A DNA stretch of 63,627 bases, filler included, from Reclinomonas americana ATCC 50394 (lineage: Eukaryota): the NCBI GenBank assembly GCA_048213135.1. It is 18 parts of 18 records of this genome, joined end to end, with 100 filler letters (N's around TTAATTAATTAA, not from the genome) between each part and the next. Parts side by side here need not be neighbours in the genome. Positions count along the whole stretch, not along the records: positions 31,621 to 33,666 come from AFZH01023629.1; positions 33,767 to 35,277 come from AFZH01023630.1; positions 35,378 to 37,796 come from AFZH01023632.1; positions 37,897 to 41,302 come from AFZH01023633.1; positions 41,403 to 44,702 come from AFZH01023634.1; 13 more parts are not named here. One strand, 5' to 3'. Below the pieces are notes generated by a model. It saw only the letters and a program-made list of their open reading frames with translations, did no database searches and was not told where the DNA came from. Positions 33,530-42,731 of the stretch are shown here, piece by piece (within the stretch, counting starts at the first letter, position 1; the number at the start of each line of letters is the position of its first letter). The position numbers were made by a program, and so were the translations under genes.

Positions 33530-34813
33530 TCAGAACTCCTCCCAACCGGCGTCGCTCGCTCGGCCACTTGCGGCCTTGCGCTGCGGGGCGGTGGCCTTGC
33601 TCTGGACGAAGGCGGCCTCGGCGAGCTGGCGCAGGCGCTCCGGCTCGGGCGCCCGGCCGCTGCCGCNNNNNNNNNNNNNNNNNNNNNNNNNNNNNNNNNN
33701 NNNNNNNNNNTTAATTAATTAANNNNNNNNNNNNNNNNNNNNNNNNNNNNNNNNNNNNNNNNNNNNCACCTGGCGGGTGAGATCGCCCGCCGCCAGCGCC
33801 TGCAGCACCGCGACGAATTCTGTGGTGGCGCCGTCGACGACGGCGTTGATCTCGTTGATCCCGGCGACCAGCTTCTGCATCTGCTCGTCGGCGTCCTCGA
33901 CCCGCAGCCGCGCCGAGAAATCGCCCGCAGCCGCAGCCGCGACGACCTCGCCGACATCCGAAACCACAACGGACATCGCGTCGGCGGAACGGATCCGCGC
34001 GGCCGCTGCCGCCCGTTCCTGCTCCTGCAGCAGCGCGACCTGTTCAGTGCTCTGGCGCAGGACCGCCACGGCCCGTGCCATGTCGCCGATTTCGTCATGC
34101 CGCGTGGTGTGCGGCACCGCGATCGCGGTCTCACCCGCTGTGAGGCGGCTCATGCTCGCACTCAGATCGAGCAGCGGGCGCGTGATCGAACGCTGCGCGA
34201 ACAGCAGCGCCGCCGAGAGCGAGGCGAGCAAAGCCGCGAACAGCATCGCCGGGAGAATCCACTGCACCTGGCGCGTGAACGCGGCGGCCTCGTCGGAGAG
34301 CCTGTTCCCGACATCCTCATTGCGCTTGCCGAAGGCGACGAGCTGGTCGTTCAGCGCCTTGCGATTGGCGCGGTTCTCGTCGTTGTTGCCCTGCTGGTTG
34401 GCGGCTGCGGTCGAAACCTCGCGGCCGAGGCGAATCAGCTCGGCGCGGAAGGCGACGAACTCCTCGACCAGTTTCTGCAATTTGAGCGCGGCGTCGCGCT
34501 CCTGCGCCGGCACCAGTGCAACCAGATCGGCGGCGAGCTTGCGCATCACCGGGAAGCGCGCCTCCTTAGGCTTGGCGAAGGCCTCCGCCTCCTTGGCGTC
34601 CTTCGACATATAGATACCGCGGGAATCCATCACCACGGCGAAGACCTGCGTGTTGAGCCGCTCGGTGACCAGCGCGATCTCGCCTTGGACATCGGAGCGT
34701 GCATTGAGATCGTTGGAGCGCGACAAGGCATAGAGACTCAAGGCCGCCGTGAGCACTGCGCCGGCGACGATGATCGCGAGCATCGCCAGCACCTTGGAAC
34801 GGATCGACTTCAT
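33530..34813 (-). CDS. Methyl-accepting chemotaxis protein with HAMP domains; middle missing at the linker 33667-33766
   Basis: Two TM segments, HAMP (ITRPLLDL...RHDEIGDMARAV) and a second HAMP (AAAGDFSARL). The C-terminus on the other side of the linker ends in the CheR-docking pentapeptide GWEEF*. Confidence 0.88.
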
Positions 34814-35203
34814 TGCGTGACTTCCACTTGTCTTGTCTCGCTACCTTCGCGAGCGTTATTGCGTTGCAGCAAAGCCCAGAGCCGGACCCAGCTAACCAAG
34901 AGTCATGGTAGATAAACCCCTAAGAGCGGCTTAAGAGCCGCTGCGTCGTCGCTGCTCGCTCCAGTTGTGGGGAGGAGCGCGGCCTACTGCAGTCACGCGA
35001 GCCTTACGTCATGCAGCTGCGACATATCGGACTGTGGCATTCCGGCCACGCTGCGCGTCGACCATAATTCCGCCACATGCTTTTCACCCCGGCGCCATGC
35101 GAGACCGTGAAGTGGAAAGGACCAGCCGGCGAGAATTCAGTGGAACTTGTCGGCAATTCGCCTGTTTCCGCTGCCAGCCGCCGCCCAATCCAAGAGCCGA
35201 GTC

Positions 35204-35277
35204 ATGTCCACCCCCCTGCCTGACGCCTCCGCCGCCTGCTCCCGCCGCCGCTTCCTGACGATGGTCTCGGCCTTCGT
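35204..35277 (+). CDS. N-terminus of a probable Tat-exported protein, truncated
   Basis: MSTPLPDASAACSRRRFLTMVSAF contains the twin-arginine motif SRRxFL. Confidence 0.55.
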
Positions 35278-35377
35278 NNNNNNNNNNNNNNNNNNNNNNN
35301 NNNNNNNNNNNNNNNNNNNNNTTAATTAATTAANNNNNNNNNNNNNNNNNNNNNNNNNNNNNNNNNNNNNNNNNNNN

Positions 35378-35828
35378 CGAGCATGGTGCGGTCGCGGTGT
35401 TCTGCCCGACCTCGAATCTTTTCCTTGGTTCCGGCCTGTTCGACTGGGCGCGCGCCCGGCATGAGGGCGTCAAGGTCGCGGTCGCGACCGATATCGGCGG
35501 CGGCACCTCCTACTCGATGCTGCGCACCATGGCCGAGGCTTACAAGATCCTGCAGTTGCAGGGCCAGTCGCTCTCGGCCTTCGAGGCGCTGCACGCGATC
35601 ACGCTCGGCAATGCCGTGGCCCTGGGGCTCGATCATCTGATCGGCTCGTTCGAGCCAGGATGTGAGGCCGATGTCGTCGTGCTCGATCCTGCCGCGACGC
35701 GGGCGATGGCGCACCGACTGGAGACGGTACGCGATCTGGCCGAGGAGCTTTTCGTGCTGGTCACGCTCGGTGACGAGCGCAATGTGGCGGCGACTTATGT
35801 GATGGGGGTGCCAAGCAACTCGATCTGA
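35378..35828 (+). CDS. guaD: Guanine deaminase, C-terminal part
   Basis: FCPTSNLFLGSGLF, ATDIGGGTSYSML, GSFEPGCEAD and LGDERNVAATYVMG. Confidence 0.92.
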
Positions 35829-35905
35829 AGGGGCAGCCTTCCCAGCAATCGGGTGGCGCCGCGACGTCGGGAGCTCTCTTCTGGCAGCAGACGCCGCTCA
35901 CGAGG

Positions 35906-36511
35906 ATGCCGATGACCGCCCCGCAGATCGCTGCCCTGCTGGTCTTCCTGTTTCCGCTCGCCTACAGCCCCGGACCTGGCAATTCATTCTTCGCAGCGAT
36001 CGGCGCCAGCGGGGGCCTAGCCTCTGCCTGGCCGGCCTTGATCGGCTATCATGCGGCGACGTTCGTGGTGACGCTGGCGATCGGCGCGGGCCTCGGCCTC
36101 ACACTCCTGACGAATCCAACGGTGGCTGGCGCGCTCAAGCTCGCCGGTGCCTTCTATGTGGCCGGGATCGGTGTCATGTTCCTGAAAGCGGCGCCTTCCG
36201 ACGGCGACGCTGGCCGGGGGCCGATGCGCGCCTCGCTGCTCGATGGCGCAGCGGTGCTGGTCTTCAACCCCAAAGCCTATCTGATCATCGCACTGATGTT
36301 CACGCAGTTCCTGCCGGAACAGGCTTCGCTGGCAACGCTTCTGACGATCACCGCCGTCTTCACGATCAACAACCTGCTGGCCTTCGTGATCTGGACGCTT
36401 CTCGGCTTGGCGATCGGCAGGCTGATCGCTTCGCGCATGAGCGGTCGCCTCGTCAATCTCGTCTTCGGGGGTTGCCTGATCGGCGTCGCTGCGTGGATGG
36501 CACTGTCCTGA
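35906..36511 (+). CDS. LysE family translocator
   Basis: SPGPGN and NPKAY motifs in a hydrophobic 201-aa protein. Confidence 0.9.
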   Translation: MPMTAPQIAALLVFLFPLAYSPGPGNSFFAAIGASGGLASAWPALIGYHAATFVVTLAIGAGLGLTLLTNPTVAGALKLAGAFYVAGIGVMFLKAAPSDGDAGRGPMRASLLDGAAVLVFNPKAYLIIALMFTQFLPEQASLATLLTITAVFTINNLLAFVIWTLLGLAIGRLIASRMSGRLVNLVFGGCLIGVAAWMALS

Positions 36512-36538
36512 GGCCGCGGCGCCGGAGGCTTCCGAAGG

Positions 36539-37396
36539 TCAGCCCAGCACGCCGCCCTTGCGGGCATGGTCGAGATAGATCTCGCGCAGGCGCAGCGTCG
36601 CCGGGCCCGGCGCGCCGTTGTGGATGCTGTGGCCGTCGATCGTCGTCACCGGCATCACCAGGCTGGTGGCCGAGGTGATGAAGGCCTCCTCGGCGTCGAG
36701 CGCTTCTTCCAGAGTGAATTCGCGCTCCTCGAAGGTGAAGCCGCTCTCGGCGAGGAAGGCGAGCACGGCCGTGCGGGTGATGCCGGGCAGCACCTTGTGC
36801 GAGAGCGGGCGCGAGATCAGCGTCTTGCCCTTGACGATCCAGGCGGTCGACGAGGCGCCCTCGGTGACGACGCCGTCTTCGATCATCCAGGCTTCCTGCG
36901 CGCCGTTCTCGGCGGCGAACTGCTTGGCCAGCACCGGAGCGAGCAGGTTGACGCTCTTGATGTCGCGGCGGGCCCAGCGCAGGTCCGGCGTGCTGACGAC
37001 CTTGATGCCGGTCTTGGCCAGCGGCGTGTTGGCGAACTGGCGCGCCTGCGTGAACAGGACGAGAGACGCCTTCACGCCCTTGGGGAAGGCAAAATCGCGA
37101 TCAGCGGCGCCGCGCGAGACCTGCAGATAGATGCTGCCTTCATCCAGACTGTTGCGGGCGATCAGCTCCTGATGGATCGCGATCAGCTCGGCGCGCGAAC
37201 AGGGCAGCTCGAGTCCGATCTCGCCGGCCGAGCGTTCGAGTCGCGCCAGATGTGCCTCGCAGTCGATCAGCTTGCCGCCGAGCACGGCCGAGACCTCGTA
37301 GATGCCGTCGCCGAAGATGAAGCCGCGGTCAAAGATCGAGATCGTCGCCTCTTCCTCGGGGAGGTAGGCGCCATTGACGTAGACGATGCGGCTCAT
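36539..37396 (-). CDS. dat: D-amino-acid transaminase (PLP fold type IV)
   Basis: DRGFIFGDGIYEV, HLARL, RRDIKSVNLL, TEGASS and LPGITR. Confidence 0.93.
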   Translation of the reverse strand: MSRIVYVNGAYLPEEEATISIFDRGFIFGDGIYEVSAVLGGKLIDCEAHLARLERSAGEIGLELPCSRAELIAIHQELIARNSLDEGSIYLQVSRGAADRDFAFPKGVKASLVLFTQARQFANTPLAKTGIKVVSTPDLRWARRDIKSVNLLAPVLAKQFAAENGAQEAWMIEDGVVTEGASSTAWIVKGKTLISRPLSHKVLPGITRTAVLAFLAESGFTFEEREFTLEEALDAEEAFITSATSLVMPVTTIDGHSIHNGAPGPATLRLREIYLDHARKGGVLG

Positions 37397-37499
37397 GGGG
37401 ACGATCTCATGCGGGAACGACGGACTTTCCTAGCCGAGCCGAACGCGCGAGGCGAGATATCATGCCGGCTTGCCGACCGGCGTTGGACGCAGGGCGGCG

Positions 37500-37796
37500 C
37501 TAGCCAACCGTCTTCGCCTCGAAATGGCGCTGTCGGAAAGCGCGGACCTTGGCGCGGTTGCCGCAGACCGACATCTCGCACCAGCGCCGCAGCCGGTTCT
37601 TGGTGGTGTCAAAGAACAGCCAGCCGCAATGGTCGCCCTCGCATTGCTTGATGCGGGCGAGGTTCTGCTGGGTCAGCACGGTCAGGGCCGACAGCGCAAT
37701 CGGCCCGCGGATCGCCTCGCTCAGGTTCTGCTTTGAGTCCCAGCGCCAGACGAAGCCGTCGCCATAGGGCGAAAGCTTCGCGCAGGAGAGGCAATG
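37500..37796 (-). CDS. CGNR zinc-finger (ABATE) protein, C-terminal part
   Basis: Own translation: RIKQCEGDHCGWLFFDTTKNRLRRWCEMSVCGNRAKVRAFRQR. Confidence 0.9.
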   Translation of the reverse strand, partial: HCLSCAKLSPYGDGFVWRWDSKQNLSEAIRGPIALSALTVLTQQNLARIKQCEGDHCGWLFFDTTKNRLRRWCEMSVCGNRAKVRAFRQRHFEAKTVG

Positions 37797-37896
37797 NNNN
37801 NNNNNNNNNNNNNNNNNNNNNNNNNNNNNNNNNNNNNNNNTTAATTAATTAANNNNNNNNNNNNNNNNNNNNNNNNNNNNNNNNNNNNNNNNNNNN

Positions 37897-38800
37897 GCGG
37901 GTCGAGCAGCGCGTAGAGCACGTCGACGACGAGGTTGAAGAACAGCACGAAGATCGCGACCACGACGACCGTGCCCATCACCAGCGTGTAGTCGCGGTTG
38001 AGCGCGCCCTCGACGAAATAGCGCCCGATGCCGGGGATGCCGAAGATCGTCTCGACCACGACCGAGCCGGTGAGCAGGCTCGCCGCCGCCGGCCCGAGAT
38101 AGGAAACCACCGGCAGGGCCGCGCCGCGTGCCGCATGCAGCGCGATGGTCGTTGTCGAGAGGCCCTGGGACCGCAGTGTACGGATGTGATTGGCGCGCAA
38201 GGTCTCGATCATTGCCGCGCGGGTCATCCGGGCGATCACGGCGATCTGGGGGAGGGCGAGCGTCACGACCGGCAGCACGCTGTTGCGCAAGGCGCCGCCA
38301 TTCCAGCCGCCGACCGGCAGCCAGGCGAGCGTGAGCCCGAACACGATCTGGAGCACCGGCGCGACGACGAAGTTCGGGATGGTGATGCCGGCGGTGGCGA
38401 AACCGATCACCGCATGGTCGGCCGCACCGTTCTGGCGGAAGGCGGCGAGCATGCCGAGCGGACCGCCGATCGTGAGCGCGAGCAGCAGGGCCGACGCGCC
38501 CAGCCGCATCGAGACCGGCAGCCCCTGCGCAAACAGTTCAGCGATTGAGAAGTCGCGAAAATAGAAGGACGGGCCGAAATCGCCGCGCAGCAGGGCGGCG
38601 AGATAGGTCAGGTATTGCTGGAACAGCGGCTGGTCGAGCTTGTAGATGCGCCGCAGGTTCTCCATCACCTTGGCTTCGAGCGGCTGTTCGAGATCGAACG
38701 GCCCGCCCGGCGCGACGCGCATCAGGAAGAACGAGATCGTCACGATCACGAACAGGGTCGGGATCGCGGCGGTCAGGCGGCGCAGGATGTAGGTGAGCAC
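37897..38800 (-). CDS. oppB: Oligopeptide ABC transporter permease OppB, 3' truncated
   Basis: MRVAPGGPFD, GDFGPS and GSVVVETIFGIPGIG...NRDY. Confidence 0.92.
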
Positions 38801-38814
38801 GGGGGCGATCCCTA

Positions 38815-38904
38815 CGTCATGCTCGGGCCGGGCCCGAGCATCTCATGAGCGCTGGCGGTCGCCCGCTTCGGCCTGAGATGGCCGGGTCAGCCCCGGCCAT
38901 GACG
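38815..38904. repeat. Inverted pair of CGTC-tagged REP palindromes between oppA and oppB
   Basis: CGTCATGCTCGGGCCGGGCCCGAGCATCTC and an inverted CGTCATGGCCGGGGCTGACCCGGCCATCTC. Confidence 0.85.
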
Positions 38905-38913
38905 CGCTTTCTG

Positions 38914-40545
38914 TCACGGCTTCAGGCTCAGGAACCGCGTCGGCAGCGCGCCGCGCAGGTTCTGCTGGAAGCCCTGCACCTTCGGCGAGACCAGGTTCTT
39001 CGAGGAATAGTAGAGCACCGGGATCCAGGGCACTTCGGCCGCGAGGACCGCATCGGCCTCGCGCAGGATCGCGGCGCGCTTTGCGATGTCGATCTCCTCG
39101 GCGCCCTGCTTCATCAGCGCGTCGAATGTCGGGTTGTTGTACTTGCCGGAGTTGAAGCCGGTATTGTCGCTCTGGAACAGGAACAGGAAGTTCTGCGGGT
39201 CGGAATAATCGCCGATCCAGCCATAGCGGGCGATGTCGAAATCGCCGCCGTCGCGCAGCAGGGCGAAATGCGTCTTGCCGTCGGTGTTGATGAAGCTGGT
39301 CTCGACGCCGATCGCCTTCCATTGCTCGGCGATGGCGATGACGGTGCGGCGGTTGTTGTCGGTGGTGTTGTAGCGCAGCTGGACCTTGAGCGGCACGCCT
39401 GGCCCGAAGCCCGCGGCGGCGAGCAGCTTCTTGGCCTCGTCCTCGCGGTCGAGCGGGGACGTACCCTTGAAATCGGCTTCGGCCCGCTCGCCGTAATTGC
39501 CGATATTCGGCGGGATCACGCCATAGGCCGGCAGCATGGTGCCGCCCCAGATCTCCTCGGCGATGAACTCGCGATCGATCACCATCGACAGCGCACGGCG
39601 CACCCTTATGTCGTCGAACGGCTTCTTGGCGGTATTGATGATCAGGAAATAGGTGCCGAGATAGGGCGAGATCCGGACCTGGTCCTTGCCGAGCTTCTCG
39701 CGCAATTGCTGGACCTGGTCGGCCGGAATGTCCGATGTCATCTGCAGCTCGCCGGCCTGGAAGCGGCGGGCGGCGGCGGAGAAGTCGGGCGTCGGATAGT
39801 AGATCACCGTGTCGATCTTGACGTTCGCGGCGTCGTGGAAATTCTTGTTCTTCTCCAGCCGGATATGCGAGTTCGGCACGAATTCCTTCAGCGTGTAGGC
39901 GCCGTTCGAGACCCAGTTCTCCGGCTTGACGAAGTCCTTGCCGAATTTCTGAAGGGAAGCCGGATGGACCGGCAGCCCGGTCTGGTGCGTCAGCAGCTCG
40001 AGGAAATAGGGCGTCGGCCGCTCCAGCGAAATCTCGAGCGTGCGCTCGTCGAGCGCCTTGACACCGAGATCCTCGAGCTTGGCGCCTTCGCTGGCCTTGT
40101 TGATCTTCTCGGCGTTGAGGATCGGGTAGAGGATGTTGGCGTATTTCGCGCCGGTTTCCGGATTGACCATGCGCCGGAACGAGAAGACGAAATCATTCGC
40201 CGTGACCGGGTCGCCATTCGACCATTTGGCATTCGCGCGCAGCTTGAAAACGTAGCTCTTGCCGTCCGGCGCCATCGTCCAGCTTTCGGCGACGCCGGGG
40301 ACGACCTCGCCGTTGATGTGGTGAATCACCAGGCCTTCGGAGAGGTCGCGCAGGAGATGGGCCTCGCTGACCGTCGAGGTCTTGTGCGAATCGAGCGTCT
40401 CCGGGTCGCCGTCATTGCCGCGATGGAACACGACCTGTGCCATGGCGGCGCCCGCAAAGCCCGCGAGCGCAAGAAAAAGACCGCTCGCCAGCGCGAGCGG
40501 CCGGATGGCGCGCTTGATTCCGGACTGACGGTGGATCTCACGCAT
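38914..40545 (-). CDS. oppA: Oligopeptide ABC transporter substrate-binding protein OppA
   Basis: Signal peptide, DPETLD, AKWSNGDPVTANDF, SNGAYTL and GWIGDYSDP. Confidence 0.92.
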   Translation of the reverse strand: MREIHRQSGIKRAIRPLALASGLFLALAGFAGAAMAQVVFHRGNDGDPETLDSHKTSTVSEAHLLRDLSEGLVIHHINGEVVPGVAESWTMAPDGKSYVFKLRANAKWSNGDPVTANDFVFSFRRMVNPETGAKYANILYPILNAEKINKASEGAKLEDLGVKALDERTLEISLERPTPYFLELLTHQTGLPVHPASLQKFGKDFVKPENWVSNGAYTLKEFVPNSHIRLEKNKNFHDAANVKIDTVIYYPTPDFSAAARRFQAGELQMTSDIPADQVQQLREKLGKDQVRISPYLGTYFLIINTAKKPFDDIRVRRALSMVIDREFIAEEIWGGTMLPAYGVIPPNIGNYGERAEADFKGTSPLDREDEAKKLLAAAGFGPGVPLKVQLRYNTTDNNRRTVIAIAEQWKAIGVETSFINTDGKTHFALLRDGGDFDIARYGWIGDYSDPQNFLFLFQSDNTGFNSGKYNNPTFDALMKQGAEEIDIAKRAAILREADAVLAAEVPWIPVLYYSSKNLVSPKVQGFQQNLRGALPTRFLSLKP

Positions 40546-40717
40546 GAGCGCTCTCCGACGTTTCGCACGGGCCCCTTTCCCGCTCCTGAAGCGAAGTATG
40601 AGCCTATCGCGCGCCGCCCGCCAAGCGTGAAAAGCCGGTATCAACCGCTCAGCTTAAGTCACTGGCCTGCTTTCGAAAGCTGGCTCAGAAACGAGTTGAG
40701 CGGAGCCTCTCCCAAGG

Positions 40718-41302
40718 TCAGCCGGCAGCTGCCCGCCCTTGCGCTTCCGCGACCGCGACCGCGGTCATGTTGACGACGCCGCGCGCCGTCACGTTGCCGG
40801 TGAGGATGTGCACCGGCTTGGCGGCGCCGATCAGGATTGGGCCGACTGGCAGCGCGTCGCCCAGCACCTTGGCGAACTGGTAGGCGATGTTGGCCGCGTC
40901 GAGATTGGGAAAGATCAGGACGTTGGCGACGCCCTTCAGCTTCGAGGACGGCAACACCCGATCGCGGATCGCCGCGACGAGGGCGGTATCGGCTTCCATC
41001 TCGCCGTCGCATTCCAGTTCCGGCGCGCGCTCCTGGATCAGCTTGACCGCCTTGCGCATCTTGATTGAGCTCGGCGTGTCGGCCGCGCCGAAATCCGAAT
41101 GCGACAGGAGAGCGATCTTCGGGGCAATGCCGAAGCGCTCGACATGGCCTGCGGCGAGGATCGTCATGTCGGCGATCTCTTCGGCGGTAGGATCGTACTT
41201 CACATGGGTGTCGGCCAGGAAGAACGCGCCCTTGCTGGTGATGACCAAGGTCATCGCCGCGATGTCGCAGACGCCGGGCTCCAGCCCGATGATGTCGCGG
41301 AT
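40718..41302 (-). CDS. maeB: NADP-dependent malic enzyme, C-terminal phosphotransacetylase-like domain, partial
   Basis: LLSHSDFG, DGEMEAD, ANVLIFPNLDAANI and PVHILTGNVTARGVVNMTA. Confidence 0.88.
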   Translation of the reverse strand: MRDIIGLEPGVCDIAAMTLVITSKGAFFLADTHVKYDPTAEEIADMTILAAGHVERFGIAPKIALLSHSDFGAADTPSSIKMRKAVKLIQERAPELECDGEMEADTALVAAIRDRVLPSSKLKGVANVLIFPNLDAANIAYQFAKVLGDALPVGPILIGAAKPVHILTGNVTARGVVNMTAVAVAEAQGRAAAG

Positions 41303-41402
41303 NNNNNNNNNNNNNNNNNNNNNNNNNNNNNNNNNNNNNNNNNNNNTTAATTAATTAANNNNNNNNNNNNNNNNNNNNNNNNNNNNNNNNNNNNNNNNNN
41401 NN

Positions 41403-41610
41403 CGTCGACGCTGGCGAGGTCGTAGGGGTTCTGCGGCGCGATCAGCGGCGCGGCGATGGCGAGCAGCACGATCAGGATGAAGAGAGCGAGCCCGAACAGC
41501 GCCAGCCGGTCCTCGATGAAGGAGCGGACGAAGCGCCGGAACGGCGTCTCCTCCTTGACGGGGGCAACTGGCGGCGTCGCCGCGGCGGAGGGCAAAGCGG
41601 CGTCGCTCAT
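41403..41610 (-). CDS. Peptide ABC permease (DppC type), N-terminal fragment
   Basis: ETPFRRFVRSFIEDRLALFGL...APLIAPQNPYDL, with a 4-nt ATGA overlap with the upstream permease. Confidence 0.85.
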
Positions 41611-42584
41611 GATGTCGCCTCCGTCAGGCGCACGCGTGGGTCGAGCGCCGAATAGATCAGGTCGACCAGGAGGTTGATGGTGACGAACAGCACGACGACG
41701 ACCATGACATAGGCGACGATCACAGGCCGATCGAGCCGGGTGATTGCCTCCAGCAGCAGGCGGCCCATGCCCGGCCAGGCAAAGATCGTCTCGGTCACCA
41801 CCGAGAAGGCGACGAGCGAGCCGAACTCCAGCCCGAGCACGGTGACGATCGGGATCATGATGTTCTTGAGGATGTGGACGCCGATGATCCGGCTCTGCGA
41901 CAGGCCCTTGGCCCGTGCGAACTTGACGTAGTCCATCAGCGCCGCCTCGCGCGCGCCGGCCCGCGCCAGGCGGATCACCAGCGAGATCTTGAGCAGCGCC
42001 AGGTTGAAGGCGGGCAGGGCGACGTGCTGCCAGCCCTGAAGCGACAGCAGCGAGGTCTCGAAGCCGAGTATCGAGACGGTCGGCCCGCGCCCGGTCGCCG
42101 GCAGCCAGCCGAGGCTGACCGCGAAGGTCAGGATCAGCATAAGCCCGACCCAGAAGGTCGGCAGCGAGAAGCCGAGGATGGAGACGGCCATGATGAAGCG
42201 CGACAGCCGGCTTTCCGGCTTGAGGCCGGCATAGAGGCCGAGCGGCAAGCCGATCACGATCGCCAGCACCAGCGCGACGAAGGCGAGCTCCAGGGTCGCC
42301 GGCATCCGGTGCAGGATCAGCTTGATCGCGGATTCGCCATGGACGAAGGAGCGGCCGAGATCGCCCTGGGCGGCGTTCTTCAGGAAGACCAGGAACTGTT
42401 CCCAGATCGGCCGGTCGAGCCCGAGCGCGCGCGCCGTCTCGGCGATCTGCTGCTGGTCCATCTCGGGCGAGATCAGCATGTAGATGGGATCGCCGACGAC
42501 GTTCACGCCGAAGAAGACGATCACGAGCATCGCCGCGATGACGAAGAGGGCTTGCGCCAGGCGGCGCAGGACGAATGCCAGCAT
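41607..42584 (-). CDS. Peptide ABC permease (DppB type)
   Basis: LGLDRP, GDLGRS, DYVKFARAKGL and VTETIFAWPGMG. Confidence 0.93.
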   Translation of the reverse strand: MLAFVLRRLAQALFVIAAMLVIVFFGVNVVGDPIYMLISPEMDQQQIAETARALGLDRPIWEQFLVFLKNAAQGDLGRSFVHGESAIKLILHRMPATLELAFVALVLAIVIGLPLGLYAGLKPESRLSRFIMAVSILGFSLPTFWVGLMLILTFAVSLGWLPATGRGPTVSILGFETSLLSLQGWQHVALPAFNLALLKISLVIRLARAGAREAALMDYVKFARAKGLSQSRIIGVHILKNIMIPIVTVLGLEFGSLVAFSVVTETIFAWPGMGRLLLEAITRLDRPVIVAYVMVVVVLFVTINLLVDLIYSALDPRVRLTEATS

Positions 42585-42613
42585 GGTCCGGTGCCTTCCG
42601 GATCTGAGTGCGG

Positions 42614-42715
42614 GACGCCATCCCGACCGGCACAGCCGGCGGGATGGCGTCTTCACTTTCTAACAATGAAAGAGTGTCGCGCGGTCCGGACCGGGCTTCA
42701 AGCCGGTCCGGACCG
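42614..42715. terminator. Two intercistronic stem-loops (42614-42651, 42682-42715) downstream of the binding-protein gene; stabiliser or attenuator
   Basis: GACGCCATCCCG...CGGGATGGCGTC and CGGTCCGGACCGG...CCGGTCCGGACCG inverted repeats. No clear U-tract. Confidence 0.55.
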
Positions 42716-42731
42716 GATCGACGCAAGCCGG

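Noticed and set aside
34814..35203. Riboswitch or sRNA upstream of the MCP gene
   Set aside because: Only a short hairpin (GCGGCTTAAGAGCCGC) is visible, with no recognisable aptamer consensus. An Infernal/Rfam scan would be needed.
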